Positions 1 to 11,284 of a DNA stretch of 64,000 nucleotides are shown here, one piece after another. The stretch is from Geosiphon pyriformis uo1 (Eukaryota > Fungi > Glomeromycota), in the NCBI GenBank assembly GCA_016748015.1, contig JAAOMT010000261.1, positions 451,883-515,882 of the forward strand, read 5' to 3'. The notes below the pieces were generated by a model, which was given only the letters and a program-made list of their open reading frames with translations, had not been told where the DNA came from and did no database searches. Within the stretch, counting starts at the first letter, position 1. Every line of letters starts with the position of its first letter. A program made the translations under genes and the position numbers.

Positions 1-561
1 AAATTTTAAAAATTTTTTTATTTGTAAAAAGTTTTTTAAATATTGTTGTTAATAATAATATTTGTTATTAATTAATATTTAATTAAGTTATTATAATTGT
101 TTTTAACTATTATTATTTAATAATACTACAGATTTAAACATTATTATTAAATAATATAATTATGTTACTGGTTATATAAATTTATTTTATAATATACAAA
201 AAGAAAAAAAAGATAAAAATTATAAAAAAATTATATAAAATAATAAAATTATAATATTATTAATATTTGTTTTTAAATAAAAATTAGCTTAAAATTATTT
301 TATTTTATTTTATTTTAATGAATAAAGTCTAAATATTATTTAATATAATATATTATATCAAATAATTTAAACCAAATATAAATTACATCTTTTTATATGT
401 AACCAGTTATTTATATTGATTAAGATAATATAAATCTTTTTTTTTTTTACATTCTAAATTTCTCAAAAAGCATATTTTTTCAGAAAAAAAATTTTTTTAA
501 CTAATAATTCTTTTATTATAAACTTAGAATCTGTTTTAAATAATAGTATGTTATTACCTAT
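1..561. other. Extremely AT-rich low-complexity DNA
   Basis: Almost no G/C, with homopolymer A/T runs and no ORFs. Confidence 0.7.
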
Positions 562-1383
562 TGTTACAGGTAATTATTTGGGGTCTTGAAACAAATAACA
601 AATCTGTAACTTGGTGCTTAATTAATATAATGATGGGTGTTGGTTTCTGAAAGTTTTCATGATCTAAAGGTTTTAGTTGGTCTGAAGATTTTGTTGTAGA
701 GTTTTTTATATAATAAACAGAGATTCAATAATAATTGTAATAGTTTTTTGGAATTGCAATTCTGTTCAATTTTTTTCTTAGCTTGACAGCCAGATTTATT
801 CTGGCAGTTGTGTCCTTTTGGTAAACTATCTGTTAATATATATGTAATTCTACTCTTATTTCTGGGTCTTTTATTAGGCTATCCTTAACATCAGTAATTC
901 AGTGCTTAATCCTCAATCAATTAGTAAAACCAAAAAAAATAACAAAAAAAATAAAAGAAAAATAAAAGAAGATAAAGAAATAAGCAAAGACAATTGCAAG
1001 TTAGTATCCCATCAATAGCCATGATCAAGAGTTATTGTTTCAGTGTAGTTAAGTATCAATTACTATCAACATTTTATGTTGATAGTGGAGAGTAGATTTG
1101 ATATATTGAATAATTATTTATTGATATTTGTGATGTAAAAGATTGCTTAGATTAAATCTAAACTGAAAGATCTGTCTTTTTTTCTTCTAATACTACCACT
1201 ATATATACATAATTAATGTTCTATGAGATTGCTCACATTTTCGAGCAAGTGTTATAATTTTTTAAACAATATGCCATGATTTCTAATATTGCTCTATATT
1301 GCTAAGCAATGTGTTCTCGTGCTAATCCTTACTCCTTTATTGGTCTATTATTTTCTATATCTGTTTTTCTTTTATGAGTAATA
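562..1383 (-). repeat. LTR, family B (U3 variant B2); orphan, probably the 3' LTR of a deleted element
   Basis: Starts TGTTACAGGTAATTATTTGGGG and ends ATGAGTAATA like the other B LTRs. Its U3 matches 34726-35530. There is no PBS on its left side. Confidence 0.85.
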
Positions 1384-1384
1384 T

Positions 1385-2368
1385 TGTTATCGGAGGTTTT
1401 TGGTCTCTTTTCTGTAATGTTGTTGATACCTGTTTGCTGTGAATTCACGTTTTCTGGATGTAGTTGAATCTCCAGTAACTGAATTTTTTCTTCAAATTAT
1501 TTTCTATAATTTGAACTGCTGGGCTTATAAGTGGAATGGCCAATTCCATGCCAGTTACTTTGTATAGTTATGTTGTAGTAAACGTCAACTTTTTCCCAGA
1601 AATTGCTCATCTGGAAGCTCATTAAAAAATGTGTAGTTACTTTGCTGTGAAAGTCAACTCTTCTACAGAAATCTTGTCTGTAGGCTACCCTAATGATTGT
1701 AATAAGAAAAGAAAAGAAAAATAAAAGAAATATAAAAGAAATAGGATTTTATCAAGGGAAACATTTTCTATCCAGACCTGGAGTCACAAACAGTTTACTA
1801 AAATTGGTAGCTAATCAATTTCAAAACTGTTTAGTAGGAATTGGTTAATTTCTAAAAGGAAAATAATTAAGAATTTGATTTTTCGAATTATTTGATATTT
1901 ATTTTGTTTTTGTATATAAAGAATGATTTTAATTGTTAAATCTGAAATAAAATACATTTTCTCGAAGAGAAAAGTTCTTCTTTTATACAACTTGTCATAA
2001 CACTATTCTATGAACTTAAACTTTGCTCTTTTCTACAATTTTGCTAAACTAAAGATACATTTCGGTAAACTACAAGTTATTTCTGCAAACTATTAGATAT
2101 TTCGGTGAACTATTAATTATTTCTACAAATTTCTACAAATTTCAGTGAACTTTTGAATGTTATATATTTCAGAGTATTGCATGATTAATCATTGCACTTA
2201 AGTTACATTTGTGTTATGTACAAATTGGGTTATTAATTGATTGGTGATATTCAATAATTTGATTGAATAATAATTGATGATTTTGAAATGATAATATGTG
2301 CTAATTAATGATAGGAATTATAAGAGTAATTTCATGTTAATTAATATCTCAAATTTTGGTTGGTAACA
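1385..2368 (-). repeat. 3' LTR of element 1 (family A)
   Basis: TGTTA...TAACA termini; direct repeat of 10299-11284. Confidence 0.95.
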
Positions 2369-3056
2369 TAACTTTCTCTTCAAGACTGAGCTCTATTGAA
2401 GTCCAAGTACTGTCTGTAATTTCCAGATAGTAATCCAAGATTATTGAAAAAATTTGGTCAGAAAATTTTTGAAATTCCAGTTCTGTGAGCTTTCCAATAT
2501 ATTGAATCTTCAAGGGTTGTAAAATTGGGTTTTGTAGGACATTTTCACAAGTGTAAAATAGGTCATAAAGTCTAAGAGCAGCTCTTAGTTTATAGCAACT
2601 GTTTGTAGGTCCAGCTGTTGTTTTGAATTCGTTGTGGATTTGTTTCTGAATAGCTTTTTTTGTGAGGTTTGCTGCTATAAGCTCCCATTTTTGTTTGTGA
2701 AGTGTTTTTCCAATGTAAAAATATCTATATATTGGGGGGTATTTGCTGTTTTCTTCATTAAAACACAGTTGAAGTTTTTGTTGAATAGTAGCATTTGGTA
2801 GAATATTAATAGAGGCAAGCAATAAGTTTTCCCTTAAAGCAAGCTTCAAAAGTTTTGGTAAATGAATTCCAGAATAACTTCTTGTTTTCTTTTTGTAGAG
2901 GTGATAATTTCGTGAATTTGGGGCTAAATTGGCAACTATTTCTGTTTGGGTATAATTAATATGTTTTTCTGTAATAGTAATAGATAATTCGGGTATTGTC
3001 TTTAAAGCTAGCATTAATTTTTGAGATATTTGTTGAATATTTTGAGGAATAGTCAT
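2349..3056 (-). CDS. ORF3: accessory 235-aa protein of unknown function between integrase and 3' LTR
   Basis: Uninterrupted ATG-started ORF. Motifs YFYIG, RAALRLY..F and IGKLT...F recur at the same position in six other elements here. Confidence 0.75.
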   Translation of the reverse strand: MTIPQNIQQISQKLMLALKTIPELSITITEKHINYTQTEIVANLAPNSRNYHLYKKKTRSYSGIHLPKLLKLALRENLLLASINILPNATIQQKLQLCFNEENSKYPPIYRYFYIGKTLHKQKWELIAANLTKKAIQKQIHNEFKTTAGPTNSCYKLRAALRLYDLFYTCENVLQNPILQPLKIQYIGKLTELEFQKFSDQIFSIILDYYLEITDSTWTSIELSLEEKVMLPTKI

Positions 3057-3194
3057 TATAAAAATTTAAGTGAGAGAAAATAGATTGAAAATATTTTTGG
3101 TATGTGGGTTTTTATGTTATTTTTGTCTTTTCAGTGTGTTTTGTTTTGTGAAATTATTTTTAATTTATAAGAGAATAACTATAGTAAATTTAAA

Positions 3195-4580
3195 TTAAGT
3201 GTTCAAGTTGGGAGGTTGTTCAATAACAACTCTTGGTTCTAAATTTTGGAGAATATTTTCAGGCTTAATTAAAGGGGAATATGTACCAATTTGTGGAATT
3301 AATGGTTCAGGATTGTTTCTGGAATGATAATGTTTCAGTCAATTTCTATGTGCAACTTTTGCTAGGATTTTGTCATCAAGTCTTAACTTGTATGATCCAT
3401 TTCCTAAGATTTTGTGAATGAAGAATGGTCCATTCCATTTATTTTCGAATTTTCCACTCCATTGTTTTTCAGCTTTAGTTTTGTGTAAGAGAACTTTGTT
3501 TCCGACTTTAAATTTATTGGTGACTGGTGGCAATTTGTTGTCATGCCATTCTTTTTGTTGAGCTTGGGAGTGTTCAATATGGGTGGCTGTTATTTATTGT
3601 TTTCCTTCCAATGTACTGAGAAAAGTGTAGGCTTTTTGTTGGAGTGTTTCCTGAAAGTTTTTTTTGTTAATTGGTTGTACTGGATATGGTTCCATAGTAA
3701 AATTAATTGGTAATATTGCTGTCCTTCCATAGGTTAAGTCAAATGATGTGTATTTTGTGGTATTTTGTTTTAGTGTTCTATATGCTAGTAACACTAATGG
3801 AATAAAGATATTCCATTCCTGTTCAAAATTGGTTGAAACTTTGGCTAATGATTCACACAGTGTCTTATTGAAATGTTCTACAAGTCCATTTGTTTGTGGA
3901 TAGTAGGGTGAAGACAAAGATCTTTTGACATTGAATCATTCACAAATTTCTTGTATTAGGTTGTTCACAAAATGTGTTCTTTGGTCAGACAAAAGTTTAA
4001 TTGGGCAACCATGTCTATAAATGATGTCTTCGTAAATGAAATTTGCTACTGATTTCGCATCTGCTCATTGAATGGCTCTGGCTTCAGGCCATTTGGTGAG
4101 ATAATCTATCACTACTGTGATATAACGGTTTCCTTGGTTTGTAATAGGTAGTGGTCTGACTAAATCGATACCAACTCAGTCAAAAGGCTGTCCAACTTTG
4201 ATTGGATTTAAAGATTCTATAGAGCAAGTTCCTCCTCTTTTTTGACAAATATCACAAGATTTAATGTATTCATGAATGTCTTTTATCATTTGTGGCCAAA
4301 AGTAGTGTTCTAATGTTCTTTGGGTGGTGCTATCTTTTTCTAGATGTGCTAATAAAGGATTTGAGTGCATGTTATATAAGATAGTTTTCTTTTTATTTTC
4401 CTGTATTAATCTGAGTGGTTTGTCTGGATTTCTGAAGTTTTGATAATAAATGGTGTTGTTGTGTAGAAAATATTGTTTGGCTTTTTGTTGTAATTGGTGT
4501 TTTTCATCTGAAGACCAATTTGTTGGGATTGTTAGTGTCTCCAAATATTGTTTGAGATTGTTGTAGTTTTCAGAGTTCAT
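3195..4580 (-). pseudogene. Integrase (zinc-binding region, DDE core, GPF motif), with stops
   Basis: H..H/CDIC, SSPYYPQTNGLVE and KWNGPF in ORFs 4176-4580, 3594-3917 and 3339-3533. Confidence 0.92.
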
Positions 4581-4629
4581 TGTTTGTTATTTTTGTTACT
4601 GCTAATTCAAATGGGTGTTGGTTTTGTGT

Positions 4630-5900
4630 TCTAATCTTGCCTTATTCTTAAGAGACAATCAACGTTGGTGTGAAGCTTTCCTGGTTTGTGATGTACAATG
4701 TATTGGTAGTTGGCTAAAAATTCTGTCCATTGGGTTTGTTTGGCATTCAGCTGAGTGTTTTTGTTCTGAAGCCATTTGAGTCTAATATTATCAATAATAA
4801 TATCGAATTCTTTAGGCCTGAGATAAAGGTTAAAGTAATGTAGGGCCCAAATTATGGCTGCTGTTTCTAGTTCTGTGGCAGGGTAGTTTTTTTTGGCTGG
4901 TTTTAATGTTCTGCTAGCATAAGCAATTACTCATTCATTTCCATTGTCATCTAATTGTGATAAGATAGCACCAAAAGCAGTATAAGAAGTGTCTGTAGCT
5001 AGTTGAAATCAGTTACTAAAGTCCGAGTAGGTGAGAATTGGAGCTGTTGTTAGCTTTTTCTTGAGAATTTCAAAAGCTTTTTGGTGTTCTTCCATCTATT
5101 TGTATTTGACGTTTTTAGTAGTAAGCTGGTTGAGGAGTTTTGCAATTTCTGAGAATCCTTTGATAAATTTTCGGTAATAGGAAGCTAATCCAATAAATCC
5201 TCTCAATTCTGTGGTATTTCGTGGAGTCTTGAAGTTTTTGACAGCACTGATTTTTCCTGGGTCTGGTTTGACTCTTTCTTTACTAACTATGTGGCCAAAA
5301 AAGGCCAAACTTGTTTTTCCAAAATGACATTTTTCGATGTTTAATTTTAATCCTGCTTTTTGTATTCATTGAAAAACTTCTTACAGGTGTTTTAAGTGTA
5401 ATTTGAATGATGGAGAATAAACATTAGTATCGTCAAGATAAACAACTACTGACTCCCAAAGGAGTCTTTTGTATACAATATCCATTAATCTCTAAAATGT
5501 TGCTGGTGCATTGCATAATCGAAAAGACATTACATTGAATTCATAGTTTCCTTCTTGGATTGTGAAAGCTGTTTTGGGACAATCTTTGGGATTTATGGCA
5601 ACTTGCTAGTATCCACTTTCTAAATCTAGTGTTGAAAAGTATTTGGACTTTCCAAGGGCATCCAACATGTCATCAATTTGGGAAAGAGGGTAGGCATCTC
5701 CAATGGTGACACTGTTGAGTTGTCGATAATCAACACAAAATCATATCTTTCTATTTTTCTTTTTAACCAGGACCACAAGTGAAGCCCATGGACTCATTGA
5801 TGGTTGAATAAGCTCATTGTTAAGCATCCGTTGTACTTCTTCTCTAATAAATTGGTGGCTTTCTGGAACAACTCAGTAGGCTTGTTGTCACCTTGGTTTG
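4630..5900 (-). pseudogene. Reverse transcriptase and RNase H, with stops
   Basis: YLDD at ~5430-5441 (reverse complement of atcgtcaagata) and FFGHIVS..PDPGK..FIGLASYYRKF; RNase H TDTS and AYAS motifs. Confidence 0.92.
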
Positions 5901-6241
5901 GCATCTCCTGTATAGATTTGGTGTTGACCCAAATTGGTTCTTCCTAAGTCATTGTTGTTTTTGGCAAAGATATTAGCAAATTCTGCAATTAGCTCTTTGA
6001 GCTAGTTCTGTTGTTGTGGTTCAAGTTGTCCCATGTTGATTCGAAATAGTTTTTCTATAACAACATGGTAGTTTTCAGAGCTGGGGTTTGGGTTGATTTT
6101 TGGTAGTGAATGTCCAATAATTTCAGAAAAATCGGAGACTGTTTGGGGTAATTCTTGTTAAAAGATATTACTGTAAATAATTCCAATTTCTAAGTTATTT
6201 AATAAAACTATGGGATAATTGTTGGGATTGTAAAAAGTAAC

Positions 6242-7087
6242 TCAGATTTTCTTTGTTTCTCCTGGAATATAAATGTTTGGAATCAAGATATTATGTTCCA
6301 AGCAGATTTGTTTATTGGACTCAAAAATTTGTTGTGTGGTCGTTGGTTTTAGGCAGGTGTAGATTTCCAGATGTTTTCCAAAGGGTGAAATAGTAATTGG
6401 TTGTGGAAGTCGTAGAATCTGGTGAAATTCACTTTGTTCATTAAGAGCTATGTTTACTGAGACTGTGAATCGTCCAGTTGAACCAAAACTATTGGTTCTT
6501 CTTTCACTTTTTCCCAATTGTTCTCTTTGACTAACTAATTGTAAATCCGAAATGTTGATTAAGGGTAAATAAATGGCTTGGGCAATTTTCTCAGCATGTT
6601 CAATATTAAATAGCTTGTCAGTTTTGTTTTGGAGTATTACTTTTATGTCACCAGTATATCCAGCATTGATTATTCCTTCTTTGACATTGATTTCTTTGCT
6701 TGCCAGAAAGGACCGGGAGGCAATTTGAACCATTGCTCCTGGCAGAATTTCAAGAGCAATTTTGAGGTTGATTTTTGTGAGAGATTTGGGTTTGAGAACA
6801 AGAGTATCCTTGTCTGGATATCTTAGGTCATATCCAGCATCAATTTCATGTGCTTTCTTGGGTTTTATTTCTTGTCTGTTGTTGTTGAAGTATTTGAATT
6901 GTAAGGCAGACTGATTTTTGATGAGATAGATGGGTGTTGCTCCAATTTCTTCTGTTGCTTCAGGTTCTCCAAATTCAATTTCATTTTCATCATTTTCACT
7001 GGGCAGAGGAATACTAAGAGCATAGCATTCAGAACACCACTTTTCATCACAAAACATAATGCATTCTTCACATAGCTTAATGTTCAT
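6242..7087 (-). pseudogene. pol segment: terminal CxxC cluster, dUTPase, and start of a dUTPase-like repeat
   Basis: All five trimeric dUTPase motifs are recognisable: DAGYDL, RSFLA, GIINAGYTG, KIAQAI and RRTNSFGSTG. Confidence 0.9.
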
Positions 7088-7640
7088 TTGCTCTAATCAT
7101 TGAATTTGAGCTTTTTGGGTTGGATAGGTGTGACTTGTAATTTGGTGGTAAACTTCTACTTTATCTTCGTAATCAAATCCAGCTAATTCTATGATGTAAT
7201 CAATGTATTCTGCTTCCTTCATTTGATGGACATCTTCTTTGGTAGCTCTATTAATTAATGCCATTGCTAGGTCAAAAATCATTTTAGCATCATGGGGGTA
7301 ATGATAAAGTTTGTTGAGAACACTGTTGTATGTTGTATTAAAAGGTGTTGCTCTTTTGACTTTTTCTGAAATTGATAAAGCATATTAACAGGTTTGATCA
7401 CAGACTCCTTCTCTCATTGCTATATCAATCCAATTGCATTCTTCTGGTAGCATATCTCTACAAGTCAAACAAGGGGTATTGTCCCATTTTTCACTTCTTT
7501 TTATTAAATGGCCCCATCGTTCTTTGTGGCAAGTTTTGCAGTAATAACAAGTATGATTTTTATATTCTTCTTCAGGTGAAATGCAAGCTCCCATTGATGA
7601 GAGTTTTTTGTGACAATCTTTGCATTTGAGTGGAATGTAA
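7020..7640 (-). pseudogene. Cys-rich putative zinc-binding insert between protease and dUTPase
   Basis: CKDC, CKTC, CLTC, CDQTC, HYPHD and CEECxxxC..CSEC; conserved in elements 2, 4 and 5. Confidence 0.7.
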
Positions 7641-7849
7641 GGGCATTGTTTTTGTGGTTCCGGTTTCAAATAGGGAACATTCCATCTGAGTGTTACTAGT
7701 TCTTCTGTTTCAAGAGAATTGTTTGTTGAAAAATACTGTTGTTCAGTTTTATCAGCCCAATTGGAGGTTGATTCAAGTGCCATAAATGTTTCAATGATGG
7801 GTTTTTCTTTTTTCAGTTCAAATTCAAAAGCCAGAGCTTTTTTAGAGCA

Positions 7850-8272
7850 TTTGTTGAATGTATTACAAGTGGCAGGTACTTGGGCATGTTGTTCTTGGTA
7901 AGAAATTTGTAGCTCTTGGATTTCCCAGTCTAATTTTGCATTGGCTTTTTGAAGCCAGTCATTTCTAACAAGAGCTTAATACTAGGGAGCATCCATTATA
8001 AGAACTTTGACTGGAATGGTGATTTCATCGAGAGTGAATGGAAAATTGTCAATTTCCCCTACTGGAGTCTTTTTCATGCCATTGGCAGTAATGATTACTG
8101 TTTGAGCTGGTCGGTCAACATTTCTTTTTAACTGTTGCATTAACTGGTAAGTGATAATACTCCCAGCAAATCCACTATCTAAGATTAATCGAATTGGTTT
8201 TTTTTCTACTTCAGCTTCTATGTATATTGCAGTTATGGCTTTTTGCTCATTAGCTGCTGCATTGCTAAGCAA
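7850..8272 (-). pseudogene. Retropepsin aspartic protease
   Basis: LILDSG active-site motif and IITANG flap. Confidence 0.9.
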
Positions 8273-8699
8273 GAATGGTGATTCATTTGCTTCAAATTTG
8301 AAAGGGAATATATCTAAAAGGTTGGCGTTTTCAGCAATTCTGGCTGATAGAAGTATAGGAAAGGTTTTGTTGTTGTGCTGCAGCTCTACCTTCTAAAAGT
8401 GCAGTATGGCAAAAATCCTGTTCTTCTGGCATCATAAGATAACTAGGTTGAGTATGATAGTGGTTGGGTCTTGGTTGAGCTGAATTTCGGGAAATCAATT
8501 GGTTGTTTGAATTGATTCTATTGTTGTTTATTTAGTATCAGCTTTGTGGTGTAAATTGATTTTGTGGAATTAATCTTCGAGCAGGCACTTGATAATATTG
8601 CATGGGTGGTTGTTGGTATTGCTGTTGAATTGGCTGTGAGGCAGGCTGATAATAGTTACTTTGATATTGGGGTCTTGGTGGATAGTAAGCTGGTGGTGG

Positions 8700-10280
8700 T
8701 GGTTGATAATAAAATTACTGTGGTAGAAGGTAACATTGATTACTCCTATTTTGTTGGTCTCATTGTAGCTTTCTGCAATTTCTTTTCCAATAACCAGAAA
8801 TTTCACAGTAATGGCAATTCTGAGGCTGGTTATTAGAGAGTGATGTAAAGTTGTTTTGATTCTGTCTTTGGGGTGGTTGATATCTTTGGGGTTGTTGTTG
8901 TTGTTGGTTGGTGAAATAGTTTTCAACTTTCTTTGTGAGTTGGTTAATTTTTTTTTCAACTGTTGAGCTGGTCTTTCTAATAGCTAAGTTCATGAGTTTT
9001 GTACAATTGGCTTTTTCCATGGCCATTTCATATCTCTTTGCATGCTGAATAGCAAAGTTTAAATCTTTTGGGGCATGTGGACAAATCTTTTTAATCAGTT
9101 TATCCTTTAAACCAGTGATAAATTGATCCAAGATTTGAGCATCAGAATAATAATCATTAGTTTCAAGTTGGCAAATTCGTCTGAGAAGTTTGTTGAATTT
9201 CCCAATATAAGTCATGACAAATTTAGAGGGTTCTTGTTTGATATTGTGAAAACGATTTCGAAGTGTGATTGAGGTGTTGTTATCAGTGAATTGTTCTAAG
9301 AAGGCAGTTTTGAAAGCTGTCCAGTCATTAAAAGAAATGGTCAAGTTTTTGAACCATTCACCTGTTGTTCCTTTGAGAAAGTAGGGAATTGTTCATAACA
9401 TTCTGGCAGCATTTTATCCATTTGCGTCTCCAGCTTTAGTAACTTGGTCGAGCCATTTTTGGAGACTGGTCTCAATGTCTTTTTCATAAAATTCAGAGAT
9501 TTTTGCAATGTATGCTATCATTTTGTCTTCTTTGTTTTCACTGTCTATTGATTTTTCTTTAGATATTTTAGAGTTGTTTTCTTTATTTGCTGCTGTCTCA
9601 GAGTGTTCACTTCGATTTTCAGCTAGAAAGTCAAGGAGATTGGAACTAATTTGAAGGGGTTCTTATTGTCTGGTGGGACTTCCAGGTGATGTAAAATTTT
9701 CTAGTCTTGCAAATTGATTTAAGGGTGAATTAGGTGTTTGTGCTTATGCAAGTGAAGCTGAAAAAGATGTGATAATAAGTGGAAGTTTTGAACTGGTTCC
9801 TTGTTTAGATGTTTGTTAGTGTTTGGCAGTTGTTTTTGGTAGTATTGGAGTATTTGGGGTGGTTTTTGAGTATTGCTTCAATTTTTGTTTGCTTTTGTTG
9901 CTTGTTTCTGTCTCTAATTCAAAATCAATAGAGTATTGAGACTGTACTGGATATGTTTCTTCACAGTACTTGATAATATTAAAATTAAGTTCTTGAAAGT
10001 AAGTGGCAAGTGTTTCACTGTTAAGGTCTTCAGTTCCCAACTGTGAATAGTATACTAAATTATTGTAAAGATTGCTTCTAACTTCTGAGATATTGTAATT
10101 TCCAAAAAGATAATTGTTGATACGGTTTTCAATATATTGGTATACTGATTTCTTTACAACTTCAATTCCGTCTGGAATGTTGAATCTTTGCTTGCAGTGG
10201 GTGTAAATTGACTGGTAATACTCTAGAGTTGTTGCATCTGGTGTGGTCACCACTTTGAAGTTGGTTTTGCTGTGTTGTTT
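8700..10280 (-). pseudogene. gag (N-terminal leader, capsid-like domain, CCHC knuckle)
   Basis: W..FK.AFLEQF...IKQ..YIGKF..QFITGL, plus CHYCEISGYWKRNC (decayed CX2CX4HX4C). The leader ORF is 9816-10343. Confidence 0.85.
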
Positions 10281-10296
10281 CCATGGGAGAGCACCA
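10281..10296 (-). promoter_or_regulatory. Primer-binding site TGGTGCTCTCCCATGG
   Basis: TGG lies 2 nt downstream of the 5' LTR. The primer tRNA is not identified. Confidence 0.75.
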
Positions 10297-10298
10297 AA

Positions 10299-11284
10299 TA
10301 TTACTGGAGGTTTTTGGTCTCTTTTTAGCTCTTGTATGTTCATTGTAATGCTGTTAATTCATGACTATAGGAAGTGTTTGAACCTCCAATAACTGAATTT
10401 TATCTTCAAATTATTTCCTATAATTTGAACTGCTGGACTTATAAGTGGAATGGCCAATTCCATGCCAATTGCTTTGTGTAGTTATGTTGTAGTAAACGTC
10501 AACTCTTTTCCAGGAATTGCTCGTCTGGAAGCTCACTAAAAATATGTAGTTACTTTGCTATGAAAGTCAACTCTTCTACAGGAATCTTGTCTGTAGGCTA
10601 CCCTAATGATTATAATAAGAAAATAAAAGAAAGAAAATAAAAGAAATGTAAAAGAAATAGAATTCTGTCAAGAGAAACGTTTTCTATCCAGGCCTGGAGT
10701 CACAAACAGTTTACTGAAATTGGTAGCTAATCAATTTCAAAACTGTTTAGTAGGAATTGGTTAATTTCCAAAAGGAAAATAATTAAGGATTTAATTTTTC
10801 GAATTATTTGATATTTATTTTGTTTTTGTGTGTAAAGAATGATTCTAATTGTTAAATCTGAAGTAAGATACATTTTCTTGAAGAGAGAAGTTTTTCTTTT
10901 ATACAACTTGTCGTAACACTATTCTATGAACTTGAACTTTGCTCTTTTCTACAATTTCGCTGAACTAAAAATACATTTTGATGAACTACAAGTTATTTCT
11001 GCAAACTATTAGATATTTTGGTGAACTATCAATTATTTCGGCAAATTTCTACAAATTTCAGTGAACTTTTGAATGTTACATATTTCAGGGTATTGCATAA
11101 TTGATTATTGCACTTAGATTACATTTGTGTTATGTACAAATTGGGTTATTAATTGATTGGTGATATTTGATAATTTGATTGAATAATAATTGATGATTTT
11201 AAAATGATAATATGTGCTAATTAATAATAAGAATTATAAGAGTAATTTTATGTTAATTAATATCTCAAATTTTGGTTGGTAACA
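10299..11284 (-). repeat. 5' LTR of element 1 (family A)
   Basis: Direct repeat of 1385-2368, adjacent to the PBS. Confidence 0.95.

Larger units (their letters stand above)
1385..11284 (-). mobile_element. Ty3/Gypsy LTR retrotransposon, family A (element 1), two LTRs, decayed, possibly chimeric
   Basis: LTRs at 1385-2368 and 10299-11284, PBS at 10281-10296, PPT at 2369-2384. Domain order is gag-PR-dUTPase-RT-RH-IN. Flanks are ATAT/ACAT. Confidence 0.95.

Noticed and set aside
1012-1040. U1 snRNA stem-loop I similarity (CCATGATCAAGA)
   Set aside because: The match is antisense to the element transcript, and no other U1 features are present.
2349-3056. ORF3 as an envelope gene
   Set aside because: No signal peptide, transmembrane helix or fusion-protein features are visible.
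3195-3340. Chromodomain at the integrase C-terminus
   Set aside because: Only a short Pro-rich tail ending LEP.(V/I)(V/I)IE follows the GPF module, with no chromodomain signature.
6242-7087. Host dUTPase gene (dut)
   Set aside because: It is embedded in frame within retrotransposon pol and repeated in each element.
10476-10605. Known ribozyme or riboswitch (hammerhead, twister, yybP) in the LTR
   Set aside because: There is no CUGANGA/GAAA core or other full consensus. It is kept only as an unclassified motif.
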